This document shows positions 53,037 through 64,000 of a stretch of 64,000 bases of DNA, piece by piece. The first letter of the stretch is position 1, and every line of letters begins with the position of its first letter. The position numbers were made by a program, and so were the translations under genes. The DNA comes from Octopus vulgaris (lineage: Eukaryota): contig OX597833.1 in NCBI GenBank assembly GCA_951406725.2, positions 43,648,001 to 43,712,000 of the forward strand, in the 5' to 3' direction. Under the pieces are notes generated by a model. It ran no database searches. It saw nothing but the letters and a program-made list of their open reading frames with translations, and was not told the DNA's origin.

Positions 53037-53186
53037 CTAATATAGGATGAAGTTTTTTTTCTCTACAGAAAAAAATTCCATCAAGAAATGTGGCAGCATA
53101 TTAAATTATATGCGGAAATTGACGATTTAATAGTCTGTTATCAGCATATTGGTTTTGAATTAATTTTCTTTAGCCCTTATTTATAA

Positions 53187-53218
<32 letters not shown>

Positions 53219-56097
53219 GACGGGCTTCTTTCAGTTTCCGTCTACCAAATCCACTCATAGGTCGGCCCGAGGCTATAGTAGAAGACACTTGCCCGAGGTG
53301 CCATGCAGTGGGAATGAACCTGGAACCATGTGGTTCGTAAGCAAGCTACTAACCACAGAGCCACTCCTACGCCTGTAAAAGATAATTTATTGTAATAGCA
53401 TACTTTTCTTACACACACACAGGGCCTCGCTTGGTTCGGTCAGCCAAATCTCCCTTAAATCACACATCTTTTTCATTTGAAATATTTGCAATTCCTCACC
53501 ACCACCACCACCGAAACGGCTTCTCCCATGGCTTTTAAGTGCGTAGTGCCAAAAAAATGTTGGTCAATATCTGTCCAGAACAGTGGTTTTCAACTAGGGT
53601 TCCGCCAGTACAGTCCAGGGGTTCCGCAAGAAGTTTACAAAACTGCTAAAATTGGCAGTAATTTTTAATTCTCCTGTGCAGATATGTGTGCATAAGACTA
53701 TTAAATTATTGCACAGGGGTTCCTCGAGCCAGTGGAATGTTTCCTTGGGGTTCCGCTCCAGCAAAAAGTTTGAAAAGCACTGGTCCAGAATATGGTAGTG
53801 AGGTGTAAAAATCATTAACTTTCATAACTTTTTTCATAAAATTTGCGCTGAGAGGACTCGGAAAATACACGTGAATTTTCCGAGTCCTCTCCCACCGACT
53901 CCCCCGTTCATCAGCGCGTACTTTTTTTTTTAATTTCATATTCGTTTACTACACATTATTTGGTAAATTTTTCAAGTGCACCCCACGCGATTCACAGAGC
54001 TTGTAAAAATTTACGGCATTTTGAAAGTACCCCCCATTTCTTCATTTTTAACTTTTTTCAGAAACTGTGTTTTCCAAATATACGGAAAATACGGAGATTA
54101 TGATTCTGAGAAAAATTTGCAAACATTTTTCTAGTTACGGTTAGGGTTTAAGGGTTAGGAGGTTAGGGTTGGGGTTTTAGGGTTAGGGTTACGGAAAAAA
54201 GTGAAAAATTAAAAAATTGGGGGAAGGAACGTGGGGTGGGGGCAGAAATGTTTAAATCCTGGTTTTTGGCAATTTTATGGAATCTCCGTATCCGAAAACA
54301 TGGGTTTTTGACACAAAAAAAAATTATTTGCGAGAAAACGGGGGAGGAACAGGAGGAAGTCTTTCCAAATCTACCCATAGTTTTACACCTATTACATATT
54401 TTTTTTTTCATTTTTGCAATCTGAACTAGAGATTAACAGAAAATCTAAATAATGTGAGCATTCTGATATGAAACTCCGCCAAATTTTCTACAAATACACT
54501 TCAATGGAGATAATATTGGAATACGTGGAGAATATATTTTTCCGAGGATAGGGTGAGGAGTTTCGGAAAATTCACAGGTGACGGCTTTTACTCATAACTG
54601 TTAAACACGCACACCGCCCATTTTCGGCAGAAACCAAACCTTATATCAACGGGTGTGCGTATCCTTCGCCTTCACCTAAATACCCTTCAGAGTGCGCAGA
54701 TTACAACTATACCGGAGTTTAATATGAAAAAATATGAAAAAAAAAAAATGGACTCGTACAAATACGTACTGACACACGTCACATATATCAACTGTATGAA
54801 ACCAGAAATATCGAAAAAAAAAATTGTGATGCGTGTCAGTATGTATATGTGTGTGATCATTATTTTTTCTTTTCACATCATATTCTGATATATTCGTAAT
54901 TTACACACTCCGAATAAAAGTACCTGCTAAAACAAAAAGGGGTGGGGTAATGCTTAACTTGACCCGGAAACGAAATAGGTTAATCGTTAACGTTTACAAA
55001 AAATGGTAATATCCATTTTTCAGAAAGTTATGAGGAAACAAAGCTAACTCGTGTGAATTATCTGAAAGTCCGTTTTCCACACACAGAAAATTTTTTTAAA
55101 AACTTTTTCGAAATTTTTCCCCCTTATATTTTAGATGACAAAGATTCCGTATATGCAAGAAAACACGTTTTCGAAATTTGAAATTCAGTTAGCTTATAGA
55201 TAGGTGTATAAAGAGATAGGTAGATATGTCTTCCTGGCACTAAAAACAACAGTAACACCGTCTTCTATAGGACTGCCACATTTAGTTGACAAATATGTTT
55301 TATGAATAAACGGACAAGGATAAATAGACAAGCAGATAAATAAATAAATGGATGAAAACATTCAAAATTTAAAATTGGGGGAGGGGTGAAATTTGAGCCC
55401 CTTATTAAACTTTATAGCATTAATTATAAAACATTAAGGTTAATGTGTTAATGTTTACATCAGGTTAACCAACATTAATGATGGTTTCTCATAAAATTGT
55501 GTATTTAATTTACATTCTTATTTACACATGTAAAACGCAAATTCTCTTCATTTTAATGTTTTTGTCTGGATTTAATTTCGATTTCTATATGTTCCTCAAT
55601 TCGCCACGATCTCTTTAAAGTAAACAAAATCAAAAATTTAAATTGGGGGGAGGTGAGGCAAGATCAAAATTTTTTTTTACATATTTGTAATCCCCGACAT
55701 CAAAAACGTAGGAATCCGAAAGATTTTTTTTCAACAAAATGCATTTTTCAAGGAGAGGTGCGAAACCGCATTAGCCCTGACAAGCCTAAGTGAAATAAAA
55801 CAAGCATTTGAAACACAAAATATCGATCACTGAACGAGGTAATAAAATCTTAATTCAATACAAGTGTGTGTGTATGTAATTGCGGAGAGAGAGAGAGAAG
55901 ACAAAAAGAAAAGGGGCAGAGAGAAAGAGAAAGGAACGAAGGAAATAAAAGTTATCCTTAATTTTAACTTACAGTCTTGAGCGGACGTCATCAGTATCAT
56001 CGTCATAACTAATAACGTAACTACAGGACATATTTAATCCAGATGAAATATGATAGAAAGGTTTGTAATGGTTTTCTTCGTGACGTAATTCAATTAG
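48333..56097. repeat. Segmental duplication, copy B (paralog 3502-11678)
   Basis: Colinear near-identity. Includes SINE A copies at about 48586-49105 and 52743-53370. Confidence 0.95.
55973..56031 (-). pseudogene. Signal-peptide exon of gene B with a 56-nt frameshifting deletion
   Basis: Same ATG context and GTAAGT donor as 11498-11612, but 59 nt instead of 115. Reads MSCSYVISYDDDTDDVRSR and ends in phase 2. Confidence 0.75.
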
Positions 56098-57544
56098 TTT
56101 GGGCACGGAAAACTTTGAGAAAGAGAGGGGGCAGAGAGAGATCAGAAACAAAAATTAGAACACAACGTTTTTGTTGACCTGTCGTAATTGCTTAATTAAG
56201 ACTTTGTTTAAATTGAAAGGTGCAAATATGTGACTATGTGACGAGGTTGAAAAAAAATACCCCAATATCTCTACATCAGCCAGAGAACTATTGATTCATT
56301 TTCCTTCGTCTTATTTGGTCGAATGTGAATTCAGTACAGTTGACAATTTGCTGGGGGTCAAGAGAAATCGGCTTGAAATTGGAAAATGTGGCAATCTACG
56401 GCTGAAGTTAACAAAATTGTCTCCTCAAATCAAGGATCTGTGTCGTATGCACCAGGCACAGGGTTCTCACTAAATGAGTCGGTGTACGTTGGCCAGGTAA
56501 TTAAATTAAAAATCGTGATTCTATATTTGAAAAAAAAATGTTGATGGGTACCAGATTTTTTGTTAGTAAAAAGTGGCTCGCCGGGAAAATGGTTGGGAAA
56601 CACTGATCTCTTTTGTTAGTCGAAATATTGGTTTCTTACTTGGATACAATGTACGGAAGTATGTACAATCAACTGAATCAATCGGGTATAGTACCGGTAT
56701 TTATCTAATTGATTCGTGCAGTGGTGAACGGACAAAGCTCAAGCTGGCTGGATTTGAAAACTCAAAAAAAGAAAGAAAGAGAGCTAAACTCAATAATTCT
56801 GTAAATATTGTCTTCCTTTTCTTTTTTGCGACACTACTATTTTGCAACACTCATAGCCCTGCGGAAATGTCATAAAAAAGAATATGAAGGACATATATAC
56901 AACATATATTTCTGTACTTTCTGTTTATTCGTATAAATCATTGAAATTGTTGCACAGACACGAATACACACCAATTATACACTATGGATCTTTTCATTTT
57001 GAAGGCCAGATTTTCCTAGTTAACTAAACAATTTGAAACTTCGTATACTGGTAGAATGTGTCAAAAGAAAACATAACTGTAAACCAAAATGAAAACGGAA
57101 TTGTAATTTCTAAGTTTAACGTTGTTTAATAATTCGAATTTTAACCAATAGTATTCTTTGTTTCGACTTCATATCATTTACTGCCTCTCAAAATATTGTT
57201 ACTGTGACGTAAACAGCTATTTTGTGATGTAGTTAACGTAAACATGTACATAGCCAAAATGTAAACATCCGCTTATCGTAAACAGCTAAATTTGCTTGGC
57301 ATCATACACAGCTTTTTCAGTTCCCTAGAATTATATTTGAAACAAAATAAAAATTAAAAGATTCATACGCATAAATATCCATCCTTAGATATCAGAAAGA
57401 TTAGAAATGCAACAAAAATTTAAAATACCGGATCTTTACCTTTTGACCTACAGATTTAAAAAATAATTTTTTCTAACTAAACACTTTCAAACTTCGTGGA
57501 GTATATATAAAATTTGTGTAGATCCTAAATAGCTACACATACAT

Positions 57545-57890
<346 letters not shown>

Positions 57891-58189
57891 ACTAAATTAC
57901 ATCGTTGGAGCAGTAATTTATTTATGTATTTTTTGTTATACAATTTATTTTTAAGCTGAATCCCTATCCTGCCATTAAAATAGTTGAAGAATCTGGGGTG
58001 TAGGAATTGGGCCAGTATTGGAACTTTTAACTTCTTGCTCTCTATCTTATGATCTCCGAAATTTAAGAATCTTGTGTTAACTGGGCTCTTATTATTTACT
58101 CTGACTCTGCCACCACCTCAATGCAAAGACTATCAATATCAGAATCATCTTCACAACCACCACTGAGACATCCTAACATAATCAATGCC

Positions 58190-58350
58190 ACTACTACTAT
58201 CATCATCATTATCATCATCATCCACTGCCGCCACCACCACCACCACCACCTCTACAAAAACACCAACACTATAATTGCTGCCATCATACACATCCACTGT
58301 CACCACTATACCACCACCACCACCACCACGATAACCACATCTACCACAGC
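58190..58350. repeat. (CAC/CAT)n trinucleotide repeat
   Basis: Directly visible. Confidence 0.9.
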
Positions 58351-58732
58351 TGTTTGCTTACTTCTTACCCACATTGTTTAAAATTTTCACAAAATAGCTG
58401 TCTACGTCACAGTAACACTATGCAGCTAATACTTTCAGATCAAAACAGACAATATGATTGGTTAAAATTCGCAGATTTAAACTACGTTTAAACTTATAAA
58501 ATACATTTTTCTAAAAAAAACTAGTTGAAATTAATGTTTTCTTTTGACACATTCTACCAGTATACGAAGTTTCAAATTATTTAAATAACTAGAAAAATCT
58601 GAAAAATCTGGCCTTCAAAATGAAAAGAGCCTAACTGGCTGCTATTTCTAGCAGGTCGGGGGCTACAACGTAGTCGTTATTTCATTGGTCCGTTTTGGAA
58701 GAAGGAGCAAGTGAGCAGATATACATACATGC

Positions 58733-58841
58733 GGCGATCCTTCGGTATTGGTCTGCAGACAACCTCATTCAGCCTTTACCTATGACATGAGGGAAGATTA
58801 TGCGGATGGACGATGTCGTTTACCAATACCGAAAGATTGCC
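58733..58841. mobile_element. 109-bp micro-MITE
   Basis: 20-bp TIRs ggcgatccttcggtattggt / accaataccgaaagattgcc. 9-bp TSD catacatgc/cctacatgc. Confidence 0.65.
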
Positions 58842-58857
58842 CCTACATGCGCGTGCA

Positions 58858-58888
<31 letters not shown>

Positions 58889-59369
58889 GTATGTGTGTGT
58901 GTGTATGTATGTATGGCCGGGTAATCTTTCGTTTTAACTCGAAATAATGTAAACACTGAATCGGCCATACATACATACACACACATACATACACACATTA
59001 CTCTCTCTGTCTCTTCACACACACTAACAGAAGTACTTCACTTACACAACATACTTTCTGCCTCCCACACCCCATAAAACACACACACGCACACAAAACA
59101 CAGACCTACGCACAGCTGTCTACGTCACAAAATAGCTTTCTACGTCACATTAAGATAATGCAGTAAAGTATTACAAATGAAAACAAACAATATGATTGGT
59201 TAAATTTCGCAGATTTAATCTACGATTAAAGTCATAAAATAGATTTTTCTCAAATAAACAAGTTGGAACTAGTGTGTTTTCTTTTCAGACACTCTACCAG
59301 TATAGGAAGTTTCAAATTATTTAGTTAACTAGAAAAATCTGCCCTCAGGCTTCGAAACTGAAAAGATCC

Positions 59370-60293
59370 GGAAATTGATCTTTGTGTACACAATATGGTA
59401 TATAAAAAAAGTAAAATTAAAATGTAAAGTATACTAGCCATCTCAATATGGCTAACCACTCAGGGTGGGTGTTACTGTAGCTTTTAGCCCCAAGAGATCA
59501 TCGTCTCCAGCCCCAGGTGTGCCTAAAGCCAGCTGGAAACGATGATCTCCTGGGGCTAAAAGCTACAGTAACACCCACCCTGAGTGGTTAGCCATTTTGA
59601 GATGGCTAGTAAACTTTACGTTTACATCTCGTTCAGAGATGTATTATTAAAATTATAATGGTTTTCTGCCAATAAATTTGTAAAAATATTCAGCGACCGA
59701 AATATATGTGTTATAAGCATTGTATGATATATGTTATATGTATTGTAAGTACAGTGATGTGATTTTATTTCTGAAACACACGATATAACTGACACATTTT
59801 AAGTAGCTCTTAAAAACCGCCATTTTACTGACCGTTAAACTTTCTAGGTTAAATTAAAAAATAACAACTTTCTGAAAATAATTTAGTAACGTTAGAGTTA
59901 TGTCCCTTTTCTTTACCTCATTATTACTGTTTACTTTTTGAAAATTTTCCGTAGCTGATAGATTCCTAAATTTATTTAAAATGTAAGAAATAATATCGTG
60001 TTTTAAAATAGCAGTCCTTAAAAATCCGTAATTCTGCCTTCGTTTCCATATATTTTTGTAGTTTTTCCTGAGTTTTAAAATTAAGTGGACATTACATTAA
60101 ATAGAGATCCTTTAGCACTTTCGTAAACATATTTGAAATATACATCCTGTGTTTCAATTAATTTTAGAATAACTAAAATAACATTGTCATTTTTAAGCTG
60201 GAGGGTTAATATATAGTTTAATTCTGGTCACAAAAAAAAACAGTCTTATCGGTGTAAGAAAATGTGTTGAAAACGAATATGAGAACAAAAATT
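59370..60293. repeat. Duplicated block (paralog 35022-35950), includes hairpin 59424-59619
   Basis: Near-identical ~0.92 kb. Confidence 0.95.
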
Positions 60294-60690
60294 TGCGCAA
60301 AGGAATGGCATAGATTAAGATAATAAAGAAATTTGTGGAGAAAATGTTTTCCGAAGGGGTGGGGAGAGGACTGTCGGGTAAATTCACGTGATCCGAAAGT
60401 TATGAGAAAAAAAATCGGATCATGTGAATTTTCTAAAATCTCTCCTCCCCTTTGGAAACATTTCCCTGAGAAATTTCTTCATAATCGTAATCTATGACAT
60501 TTGCACAGCATTCCTCTAAAATTTCAGTAATATATGTCCATTTCCCTGAAAGTTATGATTGAAAAATCGGATCGTATGAATTTTTCGAAAGTCGTCTCCC
60601 ATCCACCTCCGTTCATTTGTGCAAATTTTTGTTTTCATATTCTTTTTCTACACATTTTTTACACCCATTGAACTGTTTTTTTTTGTTTGT
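60230..60690. mobile_element. Degenerate foldback/MITE with ~70-bp terminal inverted repeats
   Basis: 60230-60300 pairs with 60617-60690. Only the left end is present in the 35880-35950 paralog. Confidence 0.55.
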
Positions 60691-60775
60691 AAGACAAAGT
60701 AAGCCTCAGCGCCATTGAACTTGGAATGAAGAGAGATTTGGCACAAAGCATTCTGTTCAACCTTCCACCACCAAT

Positions 60776-61250
60776 ACTCTTTTACTCTTTTATTTGTTTC
60801 AGTCTTCTGACTGTGGCCATCCTGGAGCACCGCCTTTTGTAGACCAAATCGACCCCAGGATTTATCCTTTGTAAGCCGAGTACTTATTCTATCGGTCTCT
60901 TTTGCCAAACCGCTAGGTTACGGTGATGTTTAAACACACCAGCATCGGTTCCCAAGCGATGTGGGGGTGGGGCAAACACAGGCACACAAACATATACACA
61001 CACATACATACATATATATATTTCTTTACTACCCACAAGGGGCTAAACACAAAGGGGACAAACAAGGACAGACTAAGGGATTAAATCGATTACATCGACC
61101 CCGGTGCGTAACTGGTACTTAACTTATCGACCCCGAAAGGATGAAAGGCAAAGTCGACCTTGGCGGAATTTGAACTCGGAACGTAACGACAGACGAAATA
61201 GGGCTATGAATTTCGCCCAGCGTGCTAACGTTTCTACCAGCTCAGTGCCT
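60776..61250 (-). mobile_element. SINE A 3' half followed by SINE B
   Basis: Family matches. Confidence 0.85.
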
Positions 61251-61454
61251 GGTTTTGTGGCATATTTTGAAACCATTATTATTGAGTGAGAGAACAATAT
61301 ATACATACTGACCCCAGCACTCAACTGTCACTTATTTTATCAACCCCGAAAGGATGACAGGTAAAGTTGACTGATAGAATTTGAACTCAGTATGTAAAGA
61401 AGGACAAAATAATAAGCATTTTGTCTTGTTTTCTAACATTTCAGCCAGCTTGAC

Positions 61455-61495
<41 letters not shown>

Positions 61496-61943
61496 CCTTT
61501 CTACTCTAAGTACAAGGTCTGAAATTTGTGAGGAGGGAGTTGATTACAGTGACCTCAGTGCTCAGCTGGTACTTAATTTATCGACCCTGAAAAGATGAAA
61601 GGTTATGTTGGCCTTGGCAGAATTTGAACTCAGAACATACAGGATTTGAACCCAAATATCAAAGAACATAACTAAATACCATAAAACATTTTGCCCAGTG
61701 CCCTGCTATTCACTGTCAGGTGAATCAATCCTAATAACACTTATTTTATTGATATCTGGAGGATGATGATGGGGAGGATTATAAAACAACAAGGTAATTC
61801 AGATGTGGAATTTGAACACAGATGGTAATATGCACTTTAAAACATTTGGGTTGATATGTTTACCAATTATGCTAATCAAAAATAGTTATTCTAAAATTAA
61901 TGAGAATATTCTGAAATGAAATAAAGATAAGAAATTTATTTAC

Positions 61944-61967
61944 CTGCAGTATTAACTGGAATGCGAC
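61944..61967 (-). CDS. Candidate 24-nt phase-1 micro-exon (GRIPVNTA) of the next array member, gene C
   Basis: Minus strand gttttttctttaatgtAG|gtcgcattccagttaatactgcag|GTAAAT. Strong splice sites, frame-preserving. Confidence 0.45.
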
Positions 61968-62221
61968 CTACATTAAAGAAAAAACACATGCAGAAATCAT
62001 GCAAGAACCATGCATTATATTTATAGAGGCATCTGACATGCAATAATTTAAGGAGGTGAAGCACAGAATTTAAAATTTTTCTAATTTTTAATAAATTTTT
62101 AAATTCCAAAAGGCATCAAAATTTTATATTTATGTTTCCTATTTTTGATAGCCACCACAAGAGCCCAGTTTTTGTTGTTGGGTGGGGGTTTGTGTGCCTC
62201 AGTGACCCTGAGAAGAATTAT

Positions 62222-62455
62222 ACCTATTTCTTTACTACTCACAAGGGGCTAAACAGAGGGGACAAACAAGGACAGACAAACGGATTAAGTCGATTATATC
62301 GACCCCAGTGAGTAACTGGTACTTATTTAATCGATCCCGAAAGGATGAAAGGCAAAGTCGACCTCGGCGGAATTTGAACTCAGAACGTAGCAGCAGACGA
62401 AATATGGCTACGCATTTCGCCCGTCATGCTAACGTTTCTGCCAGCTCGCCGCCTT
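62222..62455 (-). mobile_element. SINE family B inserted in a probable RTE 5'UTR remnant (about 62180-62720)
   Basis: Flanked by a 28-bp direct repeat tttgtgtgcctcagtgaccctgagaaga. Confidence 0.88.
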
Positions 62456-63307
62456 ATTTGTGTGCCTCAGTGACCCTGAGAAGAGCTATACCAGCAAAGT
62501 ACAACCTGCTGGTAGGGCCTCCAACGCCAGACAGGTCAAACTAGAGGCCAGACTAATATGGACCAACTCTTCCCAGAGGAAAAAACATGTTTGATGTAGG
62601 GCCAATGCCTCGACCTAGAAAGAAAGCAATGTTACTCTAGCATTAAAGACAATTCAAAATCAACAAGACCTGGGGAAGAGGAAAACAGGCCAGAGTCAAG
62701 AATAGTGAAAAAAAATCAGCAATGGTTCGTTCATGTTCTATAGGGAGCAAAGGGCCTAAAATAACTTATATTCATTCAAGTGTGTGTGTGTGCACGCTCG
62801 TGTGTTTGCTTGCACTGGAAGTAGAGCAAAATATGTTCAATTCAAAGTTAGATTTCAAATATAATTTAAAAACAAAAAACAAATTGTTTTCTAAAATATT
62901 CATTCAAGATTCAAATCGTAGCCATTAAAGAAAAATTTTAACTCACCCCCACCCCTTCAGTTATAAACAATTTTAACAAATTTAACAATTTCAAATTGTA
63001 AGCCTGATAAAATTAATGTTGTATATGAGCTGCACAAAGTTTAAAGGGGCATCATATAAGCAAAAGGTTAGCCCAAAAGTCTGGGCTTTTTGTTGACACT
63101 AAACTATGAGTAATCTAATAACCGGATAACCTTGTCCCATGAAATACTTGACACTTCAACATTGTTCAACACAAACTTGCAACAAGAAGTTATATTTTGT
63201 GTGCTTGGTATCAACCTGAGAATGGAGAACCAAGATGACTATTATGAACAGTTTGTCTTTTTATTTTAGAAAAGGCAAGAAAGCAGTGGGAACATGCAGG
63301 ATGATAT

Positions 63308-63700
63308 ACTCTTTTACTTCTTTCAGTCATCTGACTGTGGCTATGCTGGAGCACTGCCTGTAATCGAGCAACTCGACCCCGGGACTTATTCTTTTGTAAG
63401 CCCAGTACTTATTCTATCGGTCTCTTTTGCCTAACCGCTAAGTAATGGGGACATAAACACACCAGCATCGGTTGTCAAGCAATGCTAGGGGACAAACACA
63501 GACACACAAACACACACACGCATACATATATATACGACAGGATTCTTTCAGTTTCCGTCTACCAAATCCACTCACAAGGCTTTGGTCGGCCCAAGGCTAT
63601 AGTAGAAGACACTTGCCCAAGGTGCCATGCAGTGGGACTGAACCCGGAACCATGTGGTTGGTAGATAAGCTACTTACCACACAGCCACTCCTGCGCCTAT
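63308..63700 (-). mobile_element. SINE family A
   Basis: Full-length match. Confidence 0.9.
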
Positions 63701-64000
63701 AATCTCCATATATATGTGCTATATATGGAGATTATGTGTGCATGTTCCACAAGTGGTTTTCAAGATTCTGATCGCAAAATTTTTCAGTTCTCAATCTGGC
63801 CAGCCAACTAAATTTAACAGCAACACCATACCCCATTAAACAACCAGAATGATTGCAGATATTTCCCAAATATTCAAATTGAGTGTTGAAAACCACCTGT
63901 ATCAATTTGATTACATCAGGAGCCTTGATGTTTTGGTCCCACATCAATTGAATGAGATAGTTTATTTAGGTGCCATGCTTTGTTGGTTAGCTGTAAGGTA

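Noticed and set aside
58121-58381. His/Thr/Ile-rich ORF
   Set aside because: Trinucleotide repeat translation.
61968-62039. Signal-peptide-like ORF MSDASINIMHGSCMISACVFSLM on the minus strand
   Set aside because: It ends in TAG, which is better explained as the splice acceptor of the 24-nt candidate micro-exon.

Overview
AT-rich, repeat-dense eukaryotic DNA, most likely a coleoid cephalopod (Octopus-type SINEs, RTE LINEs, (TA)n microsatellites; inferred from remembered repeat families, not from a search). Most ORF-track entries are microsatellite or SINE artefacts. TE content: two tRNA-derived SINE families, degenerate RTE and CR1-like LINEs, Helitrons (Pif1 helicase remnants with TC...CTAG ends), Tc1/mariner relics, several MITE families with TSDs, a solo LTR, and Penelope-like fragments with hammerhead ribozyme motifs. 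Beneath the repeats is what looks like a tandem array of minus-strand genes for small secreted single-Ig-domain proteins. An intact signal-peptide exon lies at 11498-11612. A paralogous exon with a 56-nt frameshifting deletion lies at 55973-56031, an Ig-domain exon at 40898-41206, and candidate 24/27-nt micro-exons at 61944-61967 and 39968-39994. Duplicated blocks (3502-11678 vs 48333-56097; 35022-35950 vs 59370-60293) define the array, and their left edges coincide with transposon ends. All alignments were made by eye, so TE boundaries without TSDs are approximate.
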